Positions 50,357-61,048 of a stretch of DNA of 64,000 nucleotides are shown here, piece by piece. Under the pieces are notes generated by a model that saw only the letters and a program-made list of their open reading frames with translations, did no database searches and had not been told where the DNA came from. The DNA is from Lama glama (taxonomy: Eukaryota), in assembly GCA_028534125.1 (NCBI GenBank), contig CM052816.1, positions 58,220,001-58,284,000 on the forward strand, in the 5' to 3' direction. The first letter of the stretch is position 1. Each line of letters opens with the position of its first letter. The translations under genes were made by a program, and so were the position numbers.

Positions 50357-51089
50357 GTGGAGAAAGGGGAACCCTCCTACACTGCTGGTGGGAATGCAGT
50401 TTGGTGCAGCCACTATGGAAAACAGTGTGGAGATTCCTCAAAAGACTAGGAATAGACTTACTATATGACCCAGGAATCCCACTCCTGGGCTTGTATCCAG
50501 AAGGAAANNNNNNNNNNNNNNNNNNNNNNNNNNNNNNNNNNNNNNNNNNNNNNNNNNNNNNNNNNNNNNNNNNNNNNNNNNNNNNNNNNNNNNNNNNNNN
50601 NNNNNNNNNNNNNNNNNNNNNNNNNNNNNNNNNNNNNNNNNNNNNNNNNNNNNNNNNNNNNNNNNNNNNNNNNNNNNNNNNNNNNNNNNNNNNNNNNNNN
50701 NNNNNNNNNNNNNNNNNNNNNNNNNNNNNNNNNNNNNNNNNNNNNNNNNNNNNNNNNNNNNNNNNNNNNNNNNNNNNNNNNNNNNNNNNNNNNNNNNNNN
50801 NNNNNNNNNNNNNNNNNNNNNNNNNNNNNNNNNNNNNNNNNNNNNNNNNNNNNNNNNNNNNNNNNNNNNNNNNNNNNNNNNNNNNNNNNNNNNNNNNNNN
50901 NNNNNNNNNNNNNNNNNNNNNNNNNNNNNNNNNNNNNNNNNNNNNNNNNNNNNNNNNNNNNNNNNNNNNNNNNNNNNNNNNNNNNNNNNNNNNNNNNNNN
51001 NNNNNNNTGAAAAATTGTGCTGAACACTGGAATTTGACACAACACTGTAAAATGATTATGAATCAATAAAAAAAAAGTAAAAAAAAAAA
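50357..51089 (+). mobile_element. Young L1 3' end spanning an assembly gap
   Basis: Peptide [32 protein letters not shown] before the gap. L1 tail CTGAACACTGGAATTTGACACAACACTGTAAAATG...AATAAA plus A-tail after it. Confidence 0.85.
50508..51007. other. Assembly gap (500 N)
   Basis: Run of exactly 500 N. Confidence 1.
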
Positions 51090-52232
51090 CACTTGGTCTC
51101 TCAAATGGCTTTCCCTCTCCTTGGTTCTCTCTAAGCTGTCATCCAGATATATAGGGAAAGGGATGGGTGGCTTATGGGTCCCCTGAAGTTGGGACAAGTA
51201 GGGCTCCCACTCATGCTGGCCCTTGAATGTGCCCTGTCCAATGTTGGGTGGTCTCAGGTGGTGTTCTTGCCCACTTGAAAGCTGGCACCCTTCCATTTGC
51301 TGATGCTGCAGTCAGCAGCTGCTGATCCCTAGACCATTCTTTTGATTCAGACATTCTCCAAGGAAAACTGTCCATCTCCCCTTTGCTGACTCTCCCTTGG
51401 CCTCTTGCGAGCCACATGTTCCTGAGTTTCTGCTTCACCCTCCACCTGCCACCTCCAGTCCCTCCCCCAGTCTGCTATTAGATCACCCCACATCATTGCA
51501 GTAGGACCCATGGCAGGCCCATCAGTCCTCACCGAAGCTTGGCAAGCTGAACTTAGAGGATGCCCTCTGCCAAACTGTACTGTGCCACCAAGTTTATTTA
51601 TTTTGATGTGACTGTATTTAAAATAAGTAGGGGTAGTCTAAGAGGCAGCCCCTCCTGGGGCCCAAACAGGTACAGTCAGGAGCCCCCTACCCTGACTTTC
51701 TCTGAATTTATACAAAATACCTCCCCATTTATGGGTCAAAACCCCAAGGGGGCACTTCTGAAAACAAAAATCTCACAGCTTTGTTCTTTGGCTTCATTCA
51801 ACCTGATCCTACTTTTCAGGGAAAGAACCTACTTTATGTAAAACTCTCTGGTCACACCAAGCACAGGCCTTCTACAAAGAAAATGAAACAATCTTTTCTC
51901 AAGATAAATAACTTGCAAGGCAATTACCTTGCTGAAAATTCATGTTTAATGTTAAAAAAAATAAATGTGACACTGATTTTCTTTCTATATTCTTTCTGCA
52001 ATATTTCTCACCTTCACCTGGGCACATGGATGCCTTGGGCAATGAGAGTGAAGATATGTACTTCACAAGGTAAAGAGAAGCAGATTGTTTTCAAAACACT
52101 ATCTGTTGAAATTTCTTACTTGGAGGAGCTCTGTGTGGTTTCATTCATGAGGACTACATCTTGAAAAGGAAATTCACCAACTCTATCTCCCCATCTCCAT
52201 CACGCCCCCTTCCTATAGTACATGCATGCATG

Positions 52233-52237
<5 letters not shown>

Positions 52238-52270
<33 letters not shown>
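52238..52270. repeat. (TG)n microsatellite
   Basis: About 16 TG units. Confidence 0.95.
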
Positions 52271-52272
<2 letters not shown>

Positions 52273-52639
52273 GCTGTCACTGAGAATGAACAGAAATACT
52301 ATGGAGGGGGAAGGGAAGAAAAGGACTGCCTCAGAAATCAGTACTGTGTAGCAGAGAGATGAATGCTTTATTGTGACAGGCTGTGAGTACCTGATTTGGT
52401 ACCAAAAAGTGAGGGAAACATCAAACATCTTTCTACTTTTGGGAGTGATTTCTGTTATAATACTTACTGACAATTCTTCTCCAGGTTTTGGTGTTAAGTT
52501 TTCCCTTTTAGGTTTCAGTGTTCTTGGGAGCATTCTTCTTTTCCTGTGTCTATACAGGGGTTTTAAATTTAGAGCTTCTACCCAGGAGGCAGCTACAAAA
52601 TGCCATTTTCATCCAGAAGTCCTAGACCATCACCCATCC

Positions 52640-52880
52640 TCTGACACATCTACATTGGATGCCTCTTCTCTCTGCTCCCTGAATACTCTTTACATTCCTC
52701 TTTCATTGCAGTCATAGGTATAGGTACAAGGATATATTACACAGCTAGTTATTTACTTTTCAGTCTTCTCGGGAAAACTGTAAGCTCCTTTAAAAGAATA
52801 GCCATGCTCTACTTTATTTTGAATCTCCAGCCACTAACACAGTGCCTAACACATAGTGGGCATGAAGATAAACACTCTTA
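52640..52880 (+). mobile_element. L2 3' fragment
   Basis: ACTGTAAGCTCCTTTAAAAG...ATCTCCAGCCACTAACACAGTGCCTAACACATAGTGGGCA. Confidence 0.65.
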
Positions 52881-54022
52881 CAAGCTAAGGGCTTTCACAT
52901 TCCTCACACAGAAACGCTTCCAACCAGGCACAAATCCATACTCTTTCAGAATTTTCAGAATGAATTAATTTAGCCTCACAAAAGAGAAATGAGGCAACGC
53001 TCAAAGGAAAGTAAAGGGGAAAAGAGAAGGAATGTTTTTATGCCTTAGTTTGCTTATTTGCTTACTTAGAATTTAGATACTTATTTTTAATTAATCCAAA
53101 TTTTCACTAAAACACAAAAAAAATTGCATTGGGAATTTGAAAGATCTGTGTTTCAACACCCATTAGGCATTGTGCCAGAGCTATCCAAACATCTACACTT
53201 GATAATAAAAATCATGGAAGACATTCAAGCTAGGCACCTCCATTACTGGATGGATTTTACATCCCAGTGATGTAAAAATGTTTTGCCTTTAAATGTTTCC
53301 TACCATCTTTCTTACCTCGCAGTATACAGTTCCAGCACTGCAAATGTTGACCTTCAGGTTATAAATACTTCCACTGTTATAGTAACAAAAATCCTTGTGA
53401 TACACAAAGTATCCTGATGCCAGACCAGGAGTGCTTGTTACACCTTGTCCTGATTTCCCATAAGATATCTAACAAAAAGAAAAGGACTGTATTGGTAATA
53501 ATATAATAACTAATGATAAGAAAAGACTCACAATACTCCATCTGTGTCATCTGTAGGGATGGACTGAGGAATAAAATGCTGGGCTTCAGCAGAGCGACAC
53601 AGTCTCTCACAGAAAGCAGAAGAGGCTCTGGCTTGCTCTCACTGTCAAGCGTAGAAAGACTCTATTGACCGTGAAATAAACAGCCATGCCACCGCTGCAC
53701 ACAAACTGCCCTTTGAGCCAGTAGGTGCCAGGTCCTTCCACTCCTCCTTCAGCCATTTACACTGTTACACCTGTTAAACAACTGTAGCTACTACCAAAAT
53801 GCAAGGAAGGTAGCACTTGTACCCATGCTAAGCCAAGCCAGGTGAATCCATATCAGCACCAGTCCACAACACCAAAACACATCATATACCCTGTATGTAC
53901 TCAGATGGTCCTAAAATACTTCCCCATGTGTGTAATCAGAGATGAAGAAGATGGAAAATAACCACAGAGATCCAGCTGTCACAGGCATGATACTTATCCT
54001 TTCAGAGTCTTTAATGAAGTGA

Positions 54023-54357
54023 TTGTTTTAATTCAGTCTGCCACAACATGTTATCATAGACTGGGTGGCTTATAAACAATAGAAATTTATTTCTCAGAGT
54101 TCTGGAGGCTGGAAGTCCAAGATCAGGGTGCCAGCCCACTTCCAGGTTGCAGACTGCCAACTTCTAGTTGTATCCTCACACGGCAAAACGGGGCAAAAGA
54201 GCTCACAGGGGCCTCTTTTACAAGGGCACTACTCCCCTTCAAGAGGGCTCTGTGCTCATGACCTAGTTATCTCTCCAAGGCCCCACCTCCTAATACCATC
54301 ACATTGAGATCAGAGTTTCAATATGTGTATTCTGAGGGATACATTCAGTCCATTGCA
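54023..54357 (-). mobile_element. MaLR solo LTR (MLT1A0-like)
   Basis: CATAGACTGGGTGGCTTATAAACAATAGAAATTTATTTCTCAGAGTTCTGGAGGCTGGAAGTCCAAGATCAGGGTGCCAGC...ACATTCAGTCCATTGCA. Confidence 0.92.
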
Positions 54358-54550
54358 ACAATCGTGCATTACATACAAAAGAAATCAGAATACCAGAACT
54401 AGAGAAAGTAAAGAAGTTTCCAGTAACAAAAATCACCAGCCGAAACATCTGTATGAAAAATTACAAACCACCAAAACCACGTGGCTTTGGTAAATTCTGT
54501 TCCTCAGAGCACAGTTGCTGCCTCTTGAAAAGATAAGGCCCCAGACAACT

Positions 54551-54583
54551 TGCAGGGTCCTCTTTCTGCAGCAGAGGGCAGCA
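54551..54583 (+). promoter_or_regulatory. CTCF-like motif with upstream TGCAG module
   Basis: Core CTGCAGCAGAGGGCAGCA, with one mismatch in the CCA. An upstream TGCAG..TCC element starts about 21 nt before the core CAG. Confidence 0.35.
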
Positions 54584-54989
54584 GAGGACTGGTCTGTTCA
54601 GTGCCAGCCACAGGGTTTTAAGAGTACATGACTACGCAAACCACACCATTATTTCAGGGCCATAGTCCAACGTGATGAACAGATCCATGGTGAGGTTAAA
54701 GACTCCTATGACCCCAAAGAGTGAGTCTGTTTCCCTGTCCTTCCTATATGAGACAGACTTTAAAGAACCACAGCTGGTGAAATAAAGATAATCAAGCTCT
54801 GCTAAACTCTGTAATTCTGGAAATGGTAAACTATGAAGGCTCTTGGGGATAGGGGTTGTGGGGATAAATCTGAGAGGATGTTTTTCTGCTGCGTGTCTGT
54901 AGCACAACCTTCTTCATATATGAGAGTGATACCTTTATTCATCTCTACACGCAAGATTTTAACTGTAGTCTCTTTCCTTAGAAGATCTC

Positions 54990-55535
54990 TGAAGGGGTTC
55001 CGAGCATGCCACCCAAAATATGCCACTGTGATGTAAGGATTCTTTTGAGCTGAAGGAAATTGAGAAGCAGCAGACACAAGAAAAACTCTCTGCCCCCCCC
55101 ACTCCCCTTTACCAGAAAAGGCAGGACGATTCTTAATCACCTAAGACAATCCCAGACTCTTATCAGTCCAGAGAATACACCAGAGCCCTCTACATAACAA
55201 ACCTCATTAAAACAACCCTTATCTTTCATTAGTTTCCCCTATATATTTACCTTCCCTCAATAGGCTGTACCTAAAAGTGCAAAGTCCATTTCCTTTATTT
55301 GTCACTTCTATAGAAATTTATTGTTCTTCTGTTAAGATGCTATATAAGCTCAAGTTCTAACTACCAATTTGAGTTGCTCATCACTGAGTTTTTCCCCTGT
55401 GCATATTCAGATGCACATATTAATAAACTTCTGATTGTTTTTCTCCTGTTAACCTGTCTTTTGATAGTCTAATTTGCAGAGCCCCAGACAATCAACCTAA
55501 GATAGGTAGAGGGAAAGGTTTTTTCCCTCCCTGCA
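54990..55535 (+). mobile_element. ERV1 solo LTR (MER34A-like)
   Basis: TGAAGGGGTTCCGAGCATGCCACCCAAAATATGCCACT start, TATATAAG near 55341, AATAAA near 55422, ends CCCTCCCTGCA. Near-TSD TCTC/TCTT. Confidence 0.9.
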
Positions 55536-55779
55536 TCTTCATGTCCCTCATGCTAAACAAGTTGATTATTATCATCATCTCTCTTAACCTCCCAGGCAAG
55601 GAACTGGCAGCCCTGCATCAGGGCAGGCATGTGGCTCCTGAACAGGCCTGGAGGATGTGAGTGGAGGGTGTTGGGGCAGCTGGGTGATCTGTCTAGAGCT
55701 GTTTGCACATGTGGAAGCCAGAGTGGAGACCACAAGACTGCCAATTTCTCAAAGTTGGATTTTTTTTAATCCATCTCTC

Positions 55780-56345
55780 TCATTTTATTTATGTTCCTTT
55801 TAAAAACTGTTATTCATTTTTAATTTTACAGGTAAGCACAAATACATTCCCATAGTAAAAATATTAAATGTTACTTACAGTTAACTTTCCCAGAACCCCC
55901 AAACCCCAATCTCTCCACAGAGAAAACCATCACTACCAGATTGGCTTGAATACTTACAGGAACATATCTATGCTTGGATTTCATATGGTTAGACTTATGA
56001 AAATAGTTTCATTTGGTTGTCTTTGGTAACTATTATTTTATAGAAGTGACATCAAATTATACCTACTGATCTGTGACTTTCCTTTTGTTCACTCATCAAT
56101 AGATTTCTGACACTGTTCACGCAACTTTATAGACCCACAGATCTACCTCATACTCGGCACCTGCCGTGTAACATTCCCTCTATGTTCACATTTTTCATTA
56201 AAGTACTCCCATAATGATGGATATTTAGATTATTTCTAATTTTTAATAAATAATGATACACTGAATAGCTATGTATTTATAAATGTTTTGTTACAATAAA
56301 TCTGGGAAGTAAAATTGCTGGGCAAAAGATATATACAATTAAAAG
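55780..56345 (-). mobile_element. Old L1 (L1ME-like) 3' fragment
   Basis: CCACAGAGAAAACCATCACTACCAG...ATGATGGATATTTAGATTATTTCTAATTTTT...GAAGTAAAATTGCTGGGCAAAAG. Confidence 0.7.
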
Positions 56346-58356
56346 TCTTCACGTGGTTTTAAACCTCTCTCAGACTGACCTTGAGAATGATGAGCAAGGG
56401 GCAGGAGGAGTGAGGAGATGTCCAAGAAGCCCAGAAGTGACAGGTCTACAACCACTCAGACTGCCTTGAGAATGTCTGAAGTGGGCTACACAATGGGTCT
56501 TTGAAAACCCTCAGTGGACAAAGGCTACTCAAACTGATTTGAGGGAGCTATGTATGGTCATGGATCTCATTAGTAAAGCAGCTGCTAGTCAGTGACAACA
56601 AAAACACCTCCACTCTGGGATCCATTCTGGCCCCATAACACAGCTCCTTCTCTGAATGATAAAGGCCATCCTCAGGAAGTAGATGTGAAAACCACCTAAG
56701 TCCTGCAGAAAAGGGAATAAGGATTTTCTCAGTTTTTCCTTCAAGAAGTAGCTGATTGATGGACAACATGCAATAACCCAAGCTCAGTGAATACAAGCAG
56801 CTAAACTCCTTGACCTCACGTACACAGCTTGATGCAGCTCATCCAGTCAATGTCCAGGGCCTGGCTGAATTATTAAAGGTTATGGAACATGCCTTGTAAA
56901 ACTAATTAAATTATCAAGATGATGCATAGGAAATCAGCTGCATACACAATGGAATGGTAGTTGGTCCCTGATTATGACTCAGATGTGGACATTTTGAGAC
57001 AGGATGGAAAGGGCTCATGCACCTGTAACTATTTCTTCCAGATATGTGCCCTCCACAACTACTGCTATGTTCTATCCATGGAAGTATGACAACTAGCAAG
57101 TGTCATCCAGTCACAAAAAATTATGCAATACCATTCTATTCACACAAAAGCACACGATTTGGACCAAAGGCAAGATTTCATACTAGCCCAGCATGGCCTC
57201 TGTCAGAGATCAGTGAGATGGTGAGAGTTGAACCATGACTGAAAGTCCATAGTTAAGGTAAAGAGCATTCAGGGCCATATCTGCCTTTTAGTGTTAGCTG
57301 GTCATATTATAAATATTATAGAGTGGACTCAGGAATGTCCTCCAAGTCACCAACAAGAAGGCCATGACACGCAAAAGGCTCTTGGGTCCTCTATTCCTAC
57401 TTGGCATACCATCATATGTTTTTGAATTATTGCAAATGATATGTGAAAGGATTCCAGCTTCCCAAATTGACCACATATAAACTCAGAAACTTAACACTAG
57501 TCCCATGAAGATCTTCTGCCCGCCCATTCCTTCCTGTTTAACTGCACCATATAAAAGATCACTCAAAGTTCAGAAATCATTGTAAAGAAGACTTTGGTTT
57601 GGGTTCCTCAGGTACAATCCTAAAGCTTGCATTCCACCACTTTTCATAATACTATTATTCAGTTTATGATTAAAGGAGAGAGATAGCATCTTCAGGACCC
57701 TGGCTATGGTCCGCAGCGTTTCTTGTAAATGTAGATCCTCAGTGTATTTATTAGATCCTGGAGCCCACCACTAGCCAGAATCATCAGCTTGTTATCTTGG
57801 CTGCCATAAGAAAAAAACTTAGAGGAAGCCTATGTAACAGGTTGAGAAAGACAACCTCTCTAACCTCTCTTGCTTAGGACAAGGAAGTTGCTCAAGTTAT
57901 TGAAATTAAAGAAGCTATACTTCTTTTGCCAGAATTCCTTCATTCTGCAAATAAGGATGTGGCAGCATGAAGCTATGTTTTTTTCTAAATGTCTGAGAAT
58001 AAGCCAACTTTCAGTTGAGTTGACTAGCTCCTTCTTTCTTCAGAACTGAGCCAGTAGCTTAGAATGAACCCACTGGTCTTGGACTTCACTGGATATTTTC
58101 AAAATGATCCTGGCTAGATGGATTTGGGGACTAACACCAGGAAAAGAATGCACAAGAATGGATCACAAGAGAATTTTTAAAAACTTAGCCTTTGTTCAAC
58201 AAAATAAAAATTTTTAAATATTTGTAATAGAATTGATTTTGTTTGCTTTGAAGTAGCTCTTTAAATTTTTGTTTTGAATAATGGTTCATTTCTAAAGTTA
58301 TAGTAAATAGTGTTATAGTAATTTCTAATTTTTAAGAAACAAATAAAAATGTAAGA

Positions 58357-58565
58357 CAAAAACTGGCAAACTAAAGCCCACAGGCCAAATCCAGGCCCCT
58401 GCCTGTTTTTGTACAGCCCCTGAGATAAGAATGGTTTTTACTTTTTTTAATGCTTGCCAGGTGGAGTAGGGAATCAAATGAAGAATGACATATAATGATA
58501 TGTGAGAATTAAACGAAATTCAGTTTTTCGTGTCCATAAATAAAGTTTTACTGGAACACTACTTC
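58357..58565 (+). mobile_element. MER58 (hAT-Charlie) fragment
   Basis: GGCAAACTAAAGCCCACAGGCCAAATCC..CCCCTGCCTGTTTTTGTACAGCCC.TGAG.TAAGAATGGTTTTTAC...GTCCATAAATAAAGTTTTACTGGAACAC. Confidence 0.85.
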
Positions 58566-58659
58566 TCACATTAGCCAACAAGTGTTCTAGCCTGCTCTGA
58601 TAAGATGCTTCAGGAGAAAATGAAATTACAAAAACAGTTCTGAATCAAAATAAAATTTT

Positions 58660-59110
58660 AATTGACAAAAATGTTAACATATACTGACAAAACTTTCGAT
58701 ACGTATTGATAAATTGCCCTCCAGAATATATTATAATCTACAATCCCACCTGCAGTATATGATATGTCCTCGTATATCTGTTTCCCCACATCCTTGCCAA
58801 CAGAAATTTTTACCAACCTGGTAAGAAATAATGTCTTTATACTTATAGTTTCTTGCTTACTACTGACGAAGAACATCTTTTTTATGTTTCAGTGTACATA
58901 TCTTATTCTATTAATTGTCTATTAATATCTTTGGCTTGTTGAAAAATCTATCTTTCTATCTTCTAATTTGTATTTCCCTGACTACTAGAGTGGTTAACTG
59001 TTCTTTAGTGTTTACTGGTCATGTTTTATTTTCTATTCTGTGAATTCCCTGTTTATATCTTTGCCAGTTTTTCTAGTGTGCTGCTTGCCTTGTCCTTACT
59101 AATTTTGAAT
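58660..59110 (-). mobile_element. Old L1 fragment
   Basis: AAATTGCCCTCCAGAA...ATCCCACCTGCAGTATATGA...TGTTTCCCCACATCCTTGCCAACA. The ORF at 58658-58876 has an L1-like SVGKDVGK. Confidence 0.7.
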
Positions 59111-59854
59111 TTTTAAGATTTACCATTGTTTAGGGGACCTCAAAGTATAGTCAGTTTTCAGAAAGCAAACATAATCTGATGCAATAATCTAAATTAAACT
59201 CTTGTCCCAGTCCAGTCCCAGTTAGCATATTGCCCCTTGTCTCTGTTGTACACCTACAATAAGGCACAGAAAACTGCCAGATGATAAATTCGTTATCTTT
59301 TCCAGCAAATGCCACATGCCTCTTCCTTCCTCTTCTAATAAGCTGTTCAAAGAAAGAAGGAAACTGATCATTAAAAATAGTTGCTGGTTTTGCCAGAAGC
59401 ACTCAGTAATAGTCAATGAGTTTTGGGATCAAACAGCAACAGCATGTATTGAACATCCTCTGTGTGTGCAGCAATGATGCTGATCCTTAGGAAGATAACA
59501 ATAGACTTTCTAGACCCTCTTGGTGGAAAGGGGGGTAGGATGGGGAAGGTAGTGCTAAGCAAGAACCAGACCAGCCCAAGGGGGAAGAAGGTCCAAGATG
59601 AAGCCCTTAGAGCCTTGTAATGGTCAATCTAGGAAACAAAGATGAGTTGTCAAGACAAGAGGGGAGGAAAGGGGCCAAAGGAAGGACACAAGCTAAAGTT
59701 TAGGGCGTTGATGACCTGGAAATGAAGGTGAGGAGGGAGTGAAGCAAGGCAAGCCCTGGGAGCTTGCTGTTCAAGCTTGCTGTTCAAGGTCCCCAACCTG
59801 CTGCTGTATCAGCCAAGAGACATCTTACAGGAGTCCTCAGGCAGAGTGGCTTAA

Positions 59855-59990
59855 AGCAAGTTCTCCACTCTCACTGTACAACCCAGACAATCCTTGGCCC
59901 CCTCCCCAGAGGTATGGATTCAATGGACTGGAGTGAAGCCCAAGCACCTGCATTTCTTAAAACATGAAGCTAGGGTTGAGAACCACAGGC
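59855..59990 (+). mobile_element. MER5A-like relic
   Basis: GGCCCCCTCCCCAGAG...GATTCAATGGACTGGAGTGAAGCCCAAGCACCTGCATTTCTTAAAAC...AGGGTTGAGAACCAC. Confidence 0.65.
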
Positions 59991-60049
59991 TTACAGAGTA
60001 AATCAGCTGAAGTGGAAGTAAGAGATGTGGCACAGTCTTGTATGTGTTA

Positions 60050-60360
60050 TAGCTGTCCTTCAGTATCCAGGGGGGACTGGTCCCATTACCCTCACAGATA
60101 CCAAAATTCAAGGATGCTTAAGTCTCATATAAAATTGCATAGCCTTTGCGTATAACCTAACCACATCCTCCTGTATACTTTAAGTCATCTCTAGATTACT
60201 TATAGTACCCAATGCAATGTGAATGTTATGAAAATAGTTACTGGCATCTGGCAAATTCAAGTTTTGCTCTTTGGAAATTTCTGTAATTTTTTTCTCTATT
60301 TTCGATTCATGGTTGGTTGAAGCCATAGATGTGGAAGCTGTGGATGTGGGGGGCTGACTG
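60050..60360 (+). mobile_element. MER2B-like Tigger MITE
   Basis: GATACCAAAATTCAAGGATGCT.AAGTC..ATATAAAAT...ACATCCTCCTGTATACTTTAAGTCATCTCTAGATTACTTATA; ends GGGCTGACTG. TA flanks at 60048-60049 and 60361-60362. Confidence 0.9.
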
Positions 60361-60665
60361 TATTAACTGCTGTCACAGAAGCCCAGCCCTGGGTGGAGAG
60401 CTGCTCTGACCCAAAATCAGATCTGAGACAGAAATCGAACCCCAGTACCACAAAGGAAGAATTTATGCCTAGAAGAACTGTGGTGTCATTAGTTAATCTA
60501 GGTAATGTGGCAGAAGTGGCTGGTTAGAGCAGAAGATAATGTGTTTTGTGAGATCCCCACAAGTCTTTCAGTTAACTACATCAATTTGTTTCAGTTAAAA
60601 ACATAGATGAATTGCTTAGGAGAGAACTCTGGGCTAAAAATGTGTGTTAGGAAATCACTAAGAGC

Positions 60666-61048
60666 TGCTAAGGACTGAATTGTGTTCTCCTCTAAATTCA
60701 TATGTTGAAGACTTAGCCCACAATGTGATAGTATTTGGAGATGGGGACTTCAGGAGATAAGTAGGTTTAGATGAAGTAACAAGGCTGGGTCCCCCATGAT
60801 GGGATTAGTGCCCTTATAAGAAGAGACAGCTGAGAGCTTGCTCTCTTTCTCCCTTCCCTCCATGTGAGGGCACATCAAAAAGGCAGCTGTCTACAAGCAT
60901 GGAAGAGAACCCTTGCCAGAAAATGACCATGCTGGCACCTTGATCTTGGATTTCCAGCCTCAAGGACTGTGAGAATATAAATTTCTACTGTTTAAACCAA
61001 ATATTTTGCCATGGTAATTTGTTATGGCAGCCCAAGCTGACTAATACA
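60666..61048 (+). mobile_element. MaLR solo LTR (MLT1A0-like) inserted in an L2 relic (about 60600-61370, minus strand)
   Basis: TGCTAAGGACTGAATTGTGT...GATGGGATTAGTGCCCTTATAAGAAGAG...GCAGCCCAAGCTGACTAATACA. Degenerate TSD AGAGC/AGAAT. Confidence 0.9.

Larger units (their letters stand above)
53488..57825 (+). mobile_element. Highly decayed Gypsy/Metaviridae (Mag, K02A2.6-like) LTR-retrotransposon interior: gag, protease and integrase relics
   Basis: Colinear + strand peptides in shifting frames. Gag: IGNNIITNDKKRLTIL (53491), KPGESISAPV (53835), CVIRDEE (53929). Protease: SVSL..YETDFKE...SSAKLCNSGNGKL*RLLG (54726-54848). Integrase and linker: KGHPQEVD (56661), LDAAHPVNV (56828), PDYDSDV (56967), YPWKY (57073), YAIPF (57122), GIP (57403), TAPY (57541), QRFL (57714), KLR (57815). 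Matched by eye only. Confidence 0.65.

Noticed and set aside
50340..51100. Missing TSD around the gap-spanning L1, suggesting a misjoin
   Set aside because: The amount of L1 missing is roughly what a 500-nt gap would hold, judging by the copy at 13613-14340. L2-like sequence also seems to continue on both sides. It cannot be resolved without reads.
54632..54907. 91-aa minus-strand ORF with an acceptor-like site
   Set aside because: No recognisable protein. It is the antisense of the Gypsy protease relic.
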